64,000 bases of DNA from Tubiluchus corallicola. Its lineage: Eukaryota; Animalia; Priapulida. The stretch is from NCBI GenBank assembly GCA_030141605.1, contig JAQGDQ010000748.1:1-64000 (forward strand), in the 5' to 3' direction. Below are positions 47,641 through 61,606 of the stretch, piece after piece; position 1 is the first letter of the stretch, and every line of letters begins with the position of its first letter. Below the pieces are notes generated by a model. That model had not been told where the DNA came from. It was given only the letters and a program-made list of their open reading frames with translations, and did no database searches. The position numbers and the translations under genes were made by a program.

Positions 47641-48095
47641 GTTATTCTGTAATTCTGTTTGTAATTCTTCTATAAGTTCTCTACGTAATGATAGCATAAC
47701 CCTACATTTTCTATCTTCCGCTACTGAGTTGACTCAAACACTTTATGAACATAACGGAGAAATGCGGTTTACTATAGACAACTTTCATCGTTTGGTTGTA
47801 ACATCTTCACCACCAAATGCTTGACTAATGTAGCGTTATTGTAGATAACGTCTATCTAACCTGAGAAGAACGGGTTTTTACATTCAACTATAATACATGC
47901 TAGGGCTTCTCATTTGAAGCCAGTTCACGGTAACCAAGCTGACATTCGATCGGCAGTTCATCAATAATAAAATTACGTTTCTATGGCTAATAATGGCTTG
48001 TACTTTTCAGAGAATCATCGCCATGAACACAATGCGTGCAGTAGTTGTCATTGAGAAAGCACAAACAACACAATAAAAAATTAATGTTTCTTTTA

Positions 48096-49105
48096 GGTCC
48101 TATTTGCACGGTGCCTTTTTGACCCATGAGTTGGACGCCTAACTCATGCGTTAAAAATTGTACATGCGATACGATTGTATGACTCAAGCGTTAGACGCAC
48201 GTACAAGACGTATGTTCTAATTTTTTTTCGATACATAAGCAGGATGCAAGAATCCGGCCAATCAGCTAAGTGGGATTAGGTTGCGTATTCACTTCGAAGA
48301 ATGCAAAAAATAGTGTTAACAGCGCGGTGTCCTCTGACGGACTTGCGGCAAAGCAAATGGGCAACAATGATATTTATAATTAGAAAAATAAACAATCAGA
48401 AATTGGTGAAAGAAATTGATTTCTATTTTATGAAAGAATATGTAGTTTTGTCAAGGCAGTAAGGCAGTTTTCATTTCTTTTGCAAAATTTAAAGTGTTCT
48501 GCACTAGTAATGCTACTTTGGTGAACTCTCTACAAAGATACTGCACATCGTAAGAAACATTATTCACATGGAAAATAAATCTAAATTTAACACAGCAGCC
48601 AGATATAGCAATAATGTAACTGAAAAGAATTAACATAATAAAAATCTTATTATCAATTACTAGACCACTAGCAAAAATTAGTAACTGAGAACGCCATATT
48701 TGTTTAGAAATGGTTTTTGTCTTATTTTAAAGAATTTTGTCTTGAAGCATTTTAAACTTTGTTTTTATCCTAGATTTTTCCAATCCTATAATTAAAATCA
48801 AGATAGAGCACACATATCTGGTGCCAAAGAATCGAAGGATCAACAGCTCTGCAGCAGAAATTGAACCTCTCATGTTATTTGAAGAAGATCGGCCTAATTC
48901 TTGGAGCGAGCATTTCAATGAGTACAAGAAAAGACATTACGACAATTTTCTTCAGTCGGCGTTTACATGTCGACCCCATGGCAGCCTGCTGTGAAATGAG
49001 TGACCACGTCTAGGGCGCACAAGAAAGACGCACCCTTGCGTATAAGACGCATGTGAAAAATGCATGTCTTGGACTCACATCTAAGACGCACCGTGTAAAC
49101 AAGCC
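48096..49105 (-). mobile_element. Internally deleted PIF/Harbinger DNA transposon
   Basis: TIR GGTCCTATTTGCACGGTGC / GCACCGTGTAAACAAGCC; GACGCA subterminal repeats; transposase relic NMRGSISAAELLILRFFGT matches the Harbinger MR..IS..ERL..TLRFLATG motif. Confidence 0.7.
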
Positions 49106-50144
49106 TTTGGTGAGTATTGGTTTTTCGAACTGAAAGCGTGTTTCATGTACCTGCAATGTCTTCTTAAATTTGTCTATCTGCAGTTATGAAAAGACTCTGT
49201 GTAGGATATTGGCAGTCGGGCAATATCAATGAGAAAATTGGGACTCCAGTACAATAATGCACTTTTGCACTTCTGCTTTTGCTGATTTAACATTTCCATT
49301 TTCTTTGCCGAAACGTTTTACTGTTCACAGCAGCTTAATTTTATGCTTCTAAGAATCTCACGAAATACACCATGTCTGTGTATGTGTCTCTGAGAGCACC
49401 AAGTTGATCACGATCGAGCATGTCTTGAGGACGCTCTGAGCTGCTTCTGGTGTTGTTATTAGACTACAGTTTCTTGATTACAGTACATATAATAAAGCAG
49501 GTGACCGGTTCTTTGCATAGTGTTTAAGCCAACCATTAACCATAATGAACCTATGACCAACGACTTCATTATTTTGTGTCATCAGGCGTGGACAAAATTT
49601 TGTTAGAAATCTAGAAATTTTAACTTTAATAGAAAGTAAAACTTCACTAACTTCTTAAAACTTACAAACTGTGTAATAATTTATGGATAGTTAACTACTT
49701 AGAAACCGTCACATGCTTCTAGCGTAACATGCGTCACGTTAGGGATGGTGATGATGATGCTAACTACGATGAAAGCAACGGCAATGATGATAAACAAAAA
49801 GACAGTGATAACGATGGCTATGACAACGACAAGAATGCCTATGATAATTTTGTGATGATTATGGTATGATAAAGACTTCACTATATAAAACAGCCATTCT
49901 TCTTACAAAGTTTAACACAGAGAAAGCTGGTACGCAGTAATCAATGGCAGAGTCTAATTATTAAGGCAGTACTGATACTAACGGACCTAGCTCATTATTA
50001 AGGCTATACTTCTAAAATGAAATAATGAAGGGCAGAGGGCATATTCGAATAACTAATCAGGTCCAGTATTGTTCAGCTATGGCCTGGTTAATTCTGTATA
50101 GTATGTTTTTATAGCTGTTAATGTAATAAGCGTATTTTATTGAA

Positions 50145-50510
50145 GGTAGTGACTAAAGGTACTGATCCGTATCCTGATCGCAGAAACTAAAAATACGGAT
50201 ATCACTTTTTTGTTTATTCGCACCGCAAAATCCGCAAGTGTAAGCATCCACATACTTAAAATTGCGGATTGAGTGAAATTGAATATCTTCGTATCCGCAC
50301 CGCAAAAATGTGGGCCACAATTTTAATTACTTGGTATGTGTACGCTATTGTTGAAAACCGTTTCTTAATGTGAAGCTAGGAGATATAATCGCGAATCAAT
50401 AATAAATTGCTAGCCAGACCCCAATTTTGCTTGTAAACCTTCAACGACAACTCACACAGCACGATGTACATAGTACATCATTCAACCATATCATGCTCTT
50501 CACACTTCAA

Positions 50511-50580
<70 letters not shown>

Positions 50581-51402
50581 CGTAAAATTTGAGCAACCTC
50601 ACCGAAATAGTCCGTCTGCTTTAAGACTAAATTTTCTTCATTCATTAACTTTAATCTCTTATTCAACACTTAATCAAACAGTGTTTCTGATATTTTAACT
50701 AGATTTTTGTCAGTTTAAAAAATCCGCTGCCATTCCACCGCACACGCATAAGATTCACGGTATAAATTTTGGCAACAGGTGCATGTAATAATTTAGCAGC
50801 TCTTATAAATTGGACTTACTGTATATCAGTATATCACATAAAGACTAAAAAGTTTTGCTATGTTCGACAAGTCAATAAATCACAACCCAAACTGAGGAAA
50901 AATACAGCTTAGTAGGTTATCACATTCACAACATTCTGTAGAAAAAATACGGGTTAGTAGGTCATATTACAACACTCTAAGAAATTCATAACACTTTATG
51001 GGTTAAAGTCTTGCTAACTGGCCTATTACACATCATTTTTTGTAGCAATAAACAAAATAAATTAAACAAACTATTAAATGGAGCTTATGCAACACACAGC
51101 ACCCTATAAAAGCTAACACTTTGCCAGACAATGAAACAGTGTAACAGTGTAACTATTATATCACGAAGAAAAACGGTACGGGTCCAGGCTGTAAAATGGC
51201 ATATCACCATTTTCATGAAGTGGGAATGTACTTTTCAATGATGTGCAGGGCGCATGGTCAAAATGTCGTAAAAATGGTCAAAATCAGTATGTTTTGTAAA
51301 TGTCACAGTACGGATCCGTATTTGTTGCAAAAATAGTTACGAATACAGATCCGTATTCGGTATCGCAGAAAAGACGAGGGATCCGTACCTCTAGCCACTG
51401 CC
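50145..51402. mobile_element. TIR element with a 10-bp TSD (MULE-like by TSD length), containing a (CT)n(AT)n microsatellite
   Basis: GGTAGTGACTAAAGGTACTGATCC / GGATCCGTACCTCTAGCCACTGCC; TTTTATTGAA on both sides (50135-50144, 51403-51412); ATCCGT/ATCCGC subterminal repeats. Confidence 0.7.
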
Positions 51403-51989
51403 TTTATTGAAATTGTTATCTTCATATCGTATGTGTTTCTATGGGAGCTCAGTATTTGATTTAAGTGACAATATTGATGCACTTGCACAGTGGAATATAG
51501 AAACATTTACGCCGTGTTCTTCAAATTCCAGGGAATTCTTATGGCAGTTCGACAACATTAAATGCTGACACACATTCCATTCCCTTACGGATAATTGTCA
51601 AAAGTATATTGAATTTCTGCAAATCTACCGGTAACTCTAATAATGACTTTTGGGTTCACTGCCTATCTTAAATACTGAATGTTGGGAAAGAATAACAGTT
51701 TTACACATTACTATGATGATAATTTTACTTTTAATGATCGGACAGCACATGAACTTTATTTGACAATGAACAACGAAATATTGATTCCTGGATTAACATT
51801 TACATTGAATTTAATCTACTAACACTTTTGACTAATTATTTGTTTATTTAATTTAAAAATTCATACGTATGTATTGTTACCATTACATTAACTTGTCAAT
51901 GTATTGCATTGTGATATGCGAATAAAGATGATATATACATCCATTTAAATATTCGATGTACAGCACAAAATTTAGTTGAACATGTTTTT

Positions 51990-52780
51990 GTACAATGCTG
52001 AACTAAGTGAAGCAGGAAAAGAAAATTAACGCTTTTCAAAGACGTCTCTGCAGAAAATTGTTAGATATTAAATGGTCTGATAGAATATCAAATGATGATC
52101 TATATCAGGGGTGTGCAAATTATCTGACTAGACGGGCCACATTAAACATTCCTGCGGGCCACATGCAGTTTGGTCAAGGAGCCAAGTACAGTAGGACCTA
52201 ATAACGATTTTTTTCATCCGATTTGCACACATCATTACTACTGCACTACTACACTCAAGAAACTATTTTAGCAGTCTATATAAAATTTATATTAAAAACC
52301 ATATATTTCGTCATGTCTGACAGTGACATTAAGTGATAACGGTCTTGTAAGGGTTAATGCCATCCGATCTAGAGGAAAAAACTACCCGCACTATCTTTGC
52401 GATATTGGCGTAGACTTCAGCTGGATCGCGTGGGCCGCACTTTCATTACATTGACAAACCTCTTCGCGGGCCGCACAAGATCTCTCGGTGGGCCGCAAGT
52501 GGCCCGCAGTTTGCACACCCCTGATCTATATGATGTGGTGAAGAATTCTTGCAGTAAACAAGTAAGAAGATTGCATTGGACTGGGCATGCGCTAAGACCA
52601 CCTCAAGAGTCTCCTCCTTTATAGCATTAGGTAAAACTCTTGAAACGACAAAAAACGAAAGGGGGGTCAGCTACTAACGAATATAGATCGTGAGCAGTGG
52701 CAGTGGACAGGAGTGCGTGGCATCAACAGGCGGGACCCGCCATGCTTTTAGAAGGTTATCAGCACCTGGACGATGACGAT
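51990..52780 (+). mobile_element. RTE-clade LINE 3' fragment split by a hAT MITE
   Basis: KKINAFQRRLCRKLLDIKWSDRISNDDLY joins DVVKN...RRLHWTGHALR once the MITE is removed; GAC/GAT-type tail near 52770. Confidence 0.75.
52106..52523. mobile_element. hAT (Charlie-like) MITE
   Basis: TIR CAGGGGTGTGCAAA / TTTGCACACCCCTG; perfect 8-bp TSD ATCTATAT; GGGCCGC subterminal repeats. Confidence 0.93.
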
Positions 52781-54200
52781 AAAAGGCAAATGAGTGGTGT
52801 TCTGACAAAAGCTGCATCATAAAAAACACTGACATGTATAATTATCTGCAAAATCTGAATGCATTTTGTTTTATTGTAATGCACCATAATGTCACTAAAT
52901 TTTTACAAATTATAATAAGAACGTGCATTTAAAACAGCTAATAGCGCTACAATAAAATTTATATCAAAATAACAAAAACGCTGAATAAACTATTCTAAAG
53001 TGGTTATTATTTTCAGACATTATATTATGCAACAAAATAATGATATAATTTATAGGCAGATGATAGTTTATCAGATTTAAATGTGAAGTGGCAAGTTTAA
53101 TTACATAAGCACATTAAATTTTATCAAGACGTATTGCATGTTTATTCCACGAAAGCCAGTTAGTGGCAACTCTGTAGCATTAAGATGCAATCTCAATCAT
53201 TACCATCTTTAATATCATCTATAATTACCAATATTAATTAACAACAATGTAAATAAATTTAGACAGAATTATATGAATAATGAAATATTTAGACACTGGG
53301 AATATTATGAAACCAAATAAATTGAATTAGAGTACGAGACAAAAAATGTGTCTTATATTTGTTGTTAGTTCTGATGCTCTTAGTTCATAACGAAAAAATA
53401 TTTTATAACATTAAATTAATGATTTAAAATGGACTAGATAAACACACAAATTTGCTGCCCTGCAAAACTCATTCCAAGTTTATAGCACCTCAGATAGACA
53501 CATTCATGATAGACCTGATTAAGTTACACCTCTTTTTAAGTCACATTATTAGGTCTTATGATCTGATAAGCTTCTGTGTATACGACCATATTCAGGTAAT
53601 CACACACGTCACCTTACACACAGCAATTTCTTCAGTCCCCAGACATACAAGTTAAGCCAAGTTGACAGCAGTTACAAGAACTACCAAACATAAACATTTA
53701 AATCCATTCCAATGCAGATGAATAAAACTTATAAAGCAAAAGTTAAAAACACATTTTCAGTTCACACGATTTAACCGACAAAAATATTTGATATTATCAG
53801 TTGTAACATGCTGCAATACATATACTAAACAACATTTTCTACATACACGATTAGCAATAAATATCAGGCAAATATCAGCAACTCACTGATTTACCTTAGA
53901 CAGTAAGTTTATCAGTCAAGTTAACATGATTAAGAGCATTGCAAAACAACAATCTATGCAAAGGTTAACAGCTTAAACATCTTATCTGTAAAACATTTTC
54001 AACTTAACACTAAATCAAATTTAGAGAATAAAAAATGCATCAATATTATACAATCAGATCATAATAAATAGCACAGAAACCAGGTTCTATACGAGGGCTT
54101 CATTTCGCAGTATGTACACACTTTGAAGTTGTATTAAAAAACTGGATTATCAGATAACAAATTGATATAATACTGCTGTTAGCTTGAACCTCGCAGTGAT

Positions 54201-54315
54201 CTATGAAAAGAATGGGTCGTCGGCAAATGGATCAGCCTCGGCTTTCTGAAAAAATTCATCTGGTGAAAATTGACCCTCTGGGCTTGTATTAACAACTTGT
54301 GTGGCAAATTTGGTG
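54201..54315 (-). CDS. Dab: Disabled (Dab) homolog, terminal coding exon
   Basis: catttcag|C completes Ser (phase 2); ...EADPFADDPFFS* with TAG at 54203-54201. Confidence 0.85.
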
Positions 54316-54544
54316 CTGAAATGAAAATTAAAGGAAAATTCAATCAAACACTACTCAAAAACTTAGCAATACATCACATTTCCAAATAACTGGGAATGAA
54401 AGAAATTTAGCAAACTGAAAGAATCAACCAAAACAGACTTTTGGTTTGAAACTGTGACAGGTACCAAAACATATAGAGTAGGTGCCATTTATTAGTCTTA
54501 CGGTTAATATATAGAATCAAATGACTAAATGTTTAGCTATCAAA

Positions 54545-55471
54545 AAAGCGGGCAAGCGGACGGCAGATTCAAAGCAAAACCGCTACGCTAACATATTAGC
54601 GCGTACAATAAATGTATTGTACCTGCTTTTAAATAAAGCTGTACGTAGCATGACTGTTTATACATATATTATAGTGCACAAAGCGACATGAAAGCAAAAA
54701 ACTCTACCCTCAAGTGTCTTATTTTAAGTACGTGAAGCAAAAATGTTGAGTCAATTATGTGGAGTTATTTGTGTCAATTACCAACAGTTATTTTATACAT
54801 TTGAATAGGTGGTGAGATATTTTATTTTCTTTTTTTATTAATTCACTTACGCTCATATCTCGGCTTGCCGGACAAACATGGGGAGACATCGGTCCGAATT
54901 TGCCGAATGTTTGTATTAACTGATTCTAAGCTAATACAATAGGTGCCGTGTATTAGACTCACGGTAATGCAGAGTCAATCGCTTAATTGTCTCAATAACG
55001 TCTGTGCAAAACTATATAAAAACTGTCGGCAGTTGACTCAAATAACTCTAATTGACTCTAAACCACTTACACATGCTAATTAAACCACTAAACATGCTGA
55101 TATACCCGCTGTTTGGATGTAAACAAAGTGACGGCCCACCAACTAGCAGTCAGCTCACAAAATAACTGACTGCAATCGTTGTATGCAGAATTTTTTAGCG
55201 GTCCATGTTTTGTCCAATTCTTCCAATATCCGTAAAAGCGAGGTCCAGCAAACCGAGATATGAGTGTATATAAATTAGTATTCTTAAATAATTGCACATA
55301 GGAATTTTGACATTAATTCGTTTCTAAAATTCATTTAAAGCCTTCAAAATGCATACTAAGGTGATGAGTCATGACTCACACTTCTATAGTAGTAAGATGC
55401 TACACCCGTCAGGTAATTGAATCAGACAGTTAATTTGGCCAAAACACTTCCATCCCAAAGTGAGTCTACTG
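54545..55471. mobile_element. Two degenerate MITE family A pieces (minus-strand partial at about 54545-54810; plus-strand copy at 54937-55471)
   Basis: Similar to 7648-8479; TA|CAATAGGTGCC...GTGAGTCTACTG|TA ends on the second piece. Confidence 0.7.
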
Positions 55472-55561
55472 TATCATGCACTGTTGTAGTTTTAAACATT
55501 TTTTTCGAAATTCAAGAATGATAGAAAGTCACCAAATGATTGAAATGCATTGATATCTTAC

Positions 55562-57201
55562 CTTTCACTTAATGTTGATCCACCTGATACAGCTGAAGAA
55601 AGAGCAGACGTATCAAAGGTTTGAGCTTTCTGAAGCCTACGAGGTTTAGGAGGTGGTGTATTTGACAGAGGTAATGGTGGCAGTTCTTGTGGTGGTAGTA
55701 TCACTGCATTGTTCATAATTAGTGGTGGAGGTGAGAAATTCGGAGGCTCCGGACTTTCCGAACTGTTGAAGTGATTAACGGGAGTCGGTGGTGCTTCATG
55801 TGGCAATGGCGGTGGCGGGATATCTGGAGACGGAATAGAATCTGTAGAATCAGAAGATGACTGAGGAATCATGGGATTTCGTTTTGGTGGTGGTGGCACT
55901 AAGCCAACGTTATCTATTGATCGACCCTTTGGTCTTGATCGAGCAGCAACTGTAGTTGGCGATACTATTGCGGATTCAGGCAGAGTCATGCTCTTATCAC
56001 TGGCAAATACATTTTCCCCGCTGATGCTGCGAACTCGGCTGGATACAACAAATGGATCATCTGTTGGTGTAGGCACTTCTGCTAAATGACAACTGAAGCT
56101 AGTTGATGAACTACTTACTACAGGCAGATGAAGAGATTGACTAACATGTGATGCGGCAGAACTGTCTGTAGAAACCGGCAGATCACTTGGTGCCGCAGAC
56201 AGTACTGCAGCAGTATCAAACCTAGCATTACCTATAGAGACAATTCCAGTATTCGAAGTTAGTTGTGGTAATGTACTGGTTTGAAATTCTGAGTCAAATT
56301 TGCTATCGAATGGTGCCTCAGTAGCAGCAGTTGGTAAAGGAGCTGGAGTTTGAACTTTGTGAGTTGCTGAGCCAGTGCTGTGAGCTTTGTGTAAAGGAGA
56401 CAAGCCACCCAAAGGAACAGCGGCAAAAGGATCATGATCAGGAACCGGAAAAGTAGCAAAAAATGGATCACTGGTTGGTGAAGGAAACAAATCCGAGAGT
56501 GGAAAATTTTGAGGAACAGTCTGCTGACCTTCGCCACTTCCACGTGGTGAGAACTCAACTGAGAAACTATCACTTGGTGTGAATGATCCTTCTGTAACCG
56601 TTGCTAGTTGTTCTTTGCTTTTTGATGGACTAGTCTTCACCAGATGTTGCAAAAGCCCCGAATCGACAGACATGCTGAACTTTGAACCAGCATCTCCTTT
56701 TAGCTCTCTTAGTGATCTTTTCTGTGGAGTTTTTAGCTCTGAGAAGAAGTCCTTTTTATCTTTTCTAGATCCAATGTCACACAAGCCTTTGAATGGGTCA
56801 CTAGCACTGGCCTCATCTTCTGGGCTCAGAATGGGTGATTCCATGTCCAGCATTGGCGCAGGAGACTCAGAATGCTGCTGAGCCATTCGAGTCTCTTGCA
56901 GTGTAGATTCTTTACCTGAAGAGCGCCTGGGCGACAAGGGAGGAGGGATAAGCAATGGTTGCTCAGTCTTTGTAGTTTGTTTACTGTGCGTGAAGCTAGT
57001 AATAAATGGATCTTTAGCTAGTGCTGTTGGTGACACTGCTGTCATTTTCACCGGTGTGAAAGGGTCTTTAACATCACTCAGACTACCAGCATCTGTATCA
57101 AAAACTGTTGGTTGGCTGGCACTAGAATTCTCGGGACTAGACTGTAGGTTCATATTTGTAGGAGACTTAGATGGAGTTGTCTCAGCCTGGAATATCAATG
57201 T
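55562..57201 (-). CDS. Dab: Dab large Ser/Pro-rich exon with DPF motifs
   Basis: 546-aa ORF; acceptors at 57201 or 57186 (both phase 0); donor AG|gtaaga; six DPF motifs and proline-rich PxxP segments. Confidence 0.88.
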
Positions 57202-57405
57202 CTAAGTAGAATTAAATAAATTAAGCTAACTAAGTATACCAGTGATGATGAACACATGATCTACATTTACACTACATTTACATTGAACAGATGTAGTTTA
57301 CGACAAAGGAATGCCCATTCTTTAAAAAAATTCTTGTAATAGTTAACACTTAAACTCACATTAGCAAGATCATTTTGACATGAGACGGAATAGTTTTTTT
57401 GTTAC

Positions 57406-57516
57406 CTTTGATCGTGTAAATGACGTAATAAATGGATCGGAAGTGGCAGGTTTTTCCACTGTTGTTACTGTTGAAACCACAAATGGATCCTCTTTAGTAC
57501 TAATATCAATCATTCC
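57406..57516 (-). CDS. Dab: Dab internal exon
   Basis: caatag|GMIDISTKEDPF...SDPFITSFTRSK|gtaaca; phase 0-0. Confidence 0.8.
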
Positions 57517-57604
57517 CTATTGTATTAATAAAATTATTTTAAAAAAAATAATGGCGTCATAAATTGCTTTGCAAATAACTGCAGAAAAATTCAGCTTTCT
57601 AATA

Positions 57605-58572
57605 CAGTAGATGTCGCTTAATAGACTCACTTTGGGACCGAAGTGTTTTGACTCAATTATAACCGAATGAAGCTATAAACCGATGGGTGTTGTATTAGTG
57701 GTATAGAAATATGAGTCACCAGCTTAGTATGCACTGCAAGGGTTTTTAATGAATTTTAGAAACAAAGTAATGCCTAAATTCCTTTCTGCAGTTAAAAATA
57801 AAAAATATTTTAAAATAATAATTTATATAATGAATTAGCAATAAATTAAAAAGTATTCTTTTCTAAATTATACAAGTCTGTTTATTTGCAAAAGTTACTT
57901 CAAAGTCAGCTACTTCATTTTATCGTGAAGAAGTTGGTTTACAAAGTTCTCATCTACTGATAAAACCTCTTGTATGACGCACATATTCTCGTAAAACACT
58001 TAGTGCTTGGCATGCTTGAATTGATAGTGGTGCCCGTGTTTCCCTGCAAGTAGTTTCGCCCAAGTTCCCACTTGCTATCATGATATACTTACTGTACTGT
58101 ACCTGCGTCCCTGGCATAACAGCAAAGGCAAACGAAACTCTGGCAAACACAGCCAAAGCTTCAAAAGCAAACTGCTAAGCAAGTGATTAAATGTTTAGCT
58201 TCCAGGAATTCTTGGGTAATGCGGTTAATTGCAGTGGATGGGCGGGTCAAAGGAAACCATTAGGCTAGCATATTAGTGTACGATAAACGTTCCCCCTTAC
58301 AAAAAAACACGGTACCGAACATGATTGTTTCTTATGTATATTATAGGACAAAAGTGAACGAAGAAGATATAAAAGTAGCAAAAGCCTACTCACAGGAAAG
58401 TATCTTATTGAAGCATGTGAAGCAAAAATAATGAGTCATTTATATGGAGCTATTTGAGTCAATTACCGACAGATTTTATGTACACTTGAATAGAAGTGGC
58501 CCGTACCAGGCGTTTTTGAGTCAGTTAAGTGATTAAGTCTATTATTCGTGAGTCTGTTAAGCGTGCCTGCTG
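57605..58572 (-). mobile_element. MITE family A copy (reverse orientation)
   Basis: TA|CAGTAGATGTCGCTTAATAGACTCAC...GAGTCTGTTAAGCGTGCCTGCTG|TA; reverse-complement similarity to 7648-8479 and 63159-64000. Confidence 0.88.
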
Positions 58573-58722
58573 TATATAGCTAATCAACTGTTACCTTCCT
58601 GTTAAATACAACACAAAATTCTTTGCATTATAGTAAGAAAGTATTGAAGCGCAATTACGTTTTAACTCTAGTATTTATAGGTTCAATTATAAAACTCTCT
58701 CGCACAACCAAAGCTTTAGGTA

Positions 58723-59316
58723 CAGTAAACTATGTATAACTCGAACACCTCGTGACCTGAATTTCGAGTTATGCAAAAGCACAAGTCAGACAATGTTCGT
58801 AAGAAAACAAGATTGAGTCAATCGTCAACTTCAGACAATATATTAGTAACACTGCAGCCCATGAAAATGACAAAACGAGTCTTTAATCAAATATCGAACA
58901 ACAATTTTTATGAATAATCAAAAATAAAATGACTGGCCCACCTTTACTTTAATCTGAGCAACATGGTTAATAGAATTCGGTAATAAAAATATTGTTCATT
59001 AAGCCATGTTGTGTGCAGTGTTCTGCTAAAGTAATACAGGAAATCTTAGTAGTTAAATGCTGAAACTAGTAGTTAAAATTGTAATGTGGGACACATTTTC
59101 ACATAGAATTCCTTGCTTGGAAGGCTGTTTGAGATAGGCGAGGTAATTTCAATCAGATTTTTAAGAATTGTACCAGGAATTCGGTTCAAGATATGCGATA
59201 ATTCAAGTTACAGATTTCAAGTTACATGATGTTTGTTAAAGGGAAAAACAAAAGGGAGCATCTGTTTCAAGAGATCTGTTTAAGATTGAAGAATTCGAGT
59301 TACGTGCAGTTTACTG
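58723..59316. mobile_element. Second pogo/Tigger-like MITE family
   Basis: TA|CAGTAAACTATGTATAACTCGAA...TTCGAGTTACGTGCAGTTTACTG|TA; TTC(G/A)AGTTA subterminal repeats. Confidence 0.85.
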
Positions 59317-59348
59317 TATTTTAAAATGAACTAGAAAAAAGCAAACAC

Positions 59349-59429
59349 CTGCTGTATCGAAATTAGTTCATTTTCTAAATCCAGTAATGCTTCAGAACCT
59401 AAACCACCATCCGACGATGTTACCTGTGC
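59349..59429 (-). CDS. Dab: Dab internal exon with a clathrin-box-like LLDLE
   Basis: attgcag|AQVTSSDGGLGSEALLDLENELISIQQ|gtgttt; phase 0-0. Confidence 0.82.
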
Positions 59430-59763
59430 CTGCAATATTAAAAAGGGACATAAGTGACAATGTACGCTCAGAATACAATGGATAAATGTACCTTAAAGAA
59501 GTTTCTAGTATACCTGTTTGTTGTTACTAAATAAAGAACTCTGCATTCTAATATTTATATGCATTAACAACAGCGACCATGTATGTGCATTCTTGTTATT
59601 TAAAGTCAAACCAGTGAGTCATTAAGTCAAATTAAAAACTAATTTTGGAAAGCCTCTTTCCTGCAAATGATAAAGCTCATTCAGCAACTAGAATGCACTT
59701 AGCTCAGCTTATGAAGAAAGTTTTTGTTCAGTAATGATGTGCAAATTATTAAACTATCCAAAC

Positions 59764-59937
59764 CTCAGAAACTTCACTTGTCTCAACACGATCTGTTTCA
59801 CTGGGTTTATTCAAATCTCCACTTGGTACACATTCATGCGCAGATTTCTGCTTCTGTTTAGCCAGTTCCACTTCTTTCTTCTTCATTTCAAACACGGTAT
59901 GAAATAGGTCTCTTATTGCCATCACAAGATTTTCTGC
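59764..59937 (-). CDS. Dab: Dab exon, PTB C-terminal helix
   Basis: AENLVMAIRDLFHTVFEMKKKE matches the Dab AE.V..DLRDLFQ..YELK helix; phase 0-0. Confidence 0.9.
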
Positions 59938-60881
59938 CTTTAAACGACAAGATAAACTTCTAAAGGTCTCCCAATTCTTAATGCTCTGGCAGAAACATTA
60001 GAGTGGCTTTACATTACAGACCTGGCAATCTCTGTGTCATGTGTATCTCTGTGTATTGTGCCGTGTTACAAAGCAGACAAAGTAAACATAGATATTTTTC
60101 TGAAAAATTGTCTTGCATTGGATGTAAATAAGGTGAATTTCCACAGAATCAAGAAAACTTTACTGCATATCAATGTTAAATACATTTCAATAACAAAGCA
60201 GCTTTCTCGTGATGTATTTCACTATTACAGCACCAGTGTTGATACTAATAAAAATATGTAGTTCTGATACTGATTGCTGTTAAAGCAAACCAGTACAATC
60301 ATACCTTACATATTTGAAAATCAATATGTTTTTGGGAAATTCTGGAGACCATAATATGCTACATAAAAAGCGAACACAAATGGCAGCTGTAACAAAACAG
60401 TTTACCAAAAGAAAATCTGCAATCTATTTACAAAAACAGGAAAAAAACTTGAGAAAAAGTGAAACTGTGGAGAACGATAAATAGATTTTACTACTTGGGT
60501 GAATTCAACAGAATTCACAAATCACACTAAATGGATGTAAAGTTAGGCAACTGTATGCCAGTGATACAATAATATGACGTTCTGGTATACTTTGAATCGG
60601 AATTGTTTTATTATCAGAAACTGTGCAAGAAAATTAAGATCCGTCAAAATATAGTTGCTTTAAGCCTTGTCATAAAAATGCTTTAACTAGTTGGAATGCT
60701 CTGCAATTTTCATTATGAATTATACCATGAGAGCACAATTGAAATGAGTACATACAATGTACAACACTGTGAAAGCACTGAAAGCACAATGCATACAGTG
60801 TACAACGCTATGGGAGCACAATGCATTCAGTGTACAACAGTATGACAAAAGCCAATGGCAATGTCAACCGTGTTCACTTAC

Positions 60882-61016
60882 CGGTTTCTCTGTCTTCAAA
60901 GCGAAGAATTTGTGGCCACCCTCTGGCATGCCAACAACATACCCGAATGCTCTTGCGTCACCCGTATCTCGAGCAATAAATGAAATCTTGTGAACTTTGT
61001 GAGTATAGTTGACCAC
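60882..61016 (-). CDS. Dab: Dab PTB domain exon
   Basis: tttttcag|VVNYTHKVHKISFIARDTGDARAFGYVVG...HKFFALKTEKP|gtaagt; hallmark Dab ISFIA.D..D.RAFGY. Confidence 0.94.
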
Positions 61017-61066
61017 CTGAAAAAAGTATTTATTTATGCATATGCCATCATTTGAAGCAACAAGGA

Positions 61067-61113
61067 TAATAATAATAATAATAACAACAACAACAACAGC
61101 AACAGCAAACAGC

Positions 61114-61146
<33 letters not shown>

Positions 61147-61340
61147 AATAATAATTTCATTTAGGACACAGTCCAGGGATAACACTTTAAGTAGGCCTCA
61201 ATACTTATTTCCAAGGTGGTCCTGATTATTAAAACCCACATGTTACTTAAATAAACCCGAGTGCTTGCTCGAAGAACCATAGCTAAAACTTTTAAGTCTT
61301 TAGTATGACTCGGTCTGGAACAGGACGCCCAAGCATATGA
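61067..61340 (-). mobile_element. Degenerate SINE with an (ATT/GTT)n tail
   Basis: Minus strand GAGTCATACTAAAGACTTAAAAGT resembles the central segment of the SINE at 26454-26711; (AAT/AAC)n run at 61067-61154. Confidence 0.5.
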
Positions 61341-61461
61341 AAAAGTGCCATGTACTCTACATGTAGAAGAAACCAAATGCTAAGAAAATGAGCCAGCATA
61401 TCTATTAGGTGCACAGTAATTACGGCCTACAAAAACCGATTCAGTGCATTTCAGAAACCTA

Positions 61462-61606
<145 letters not shown>

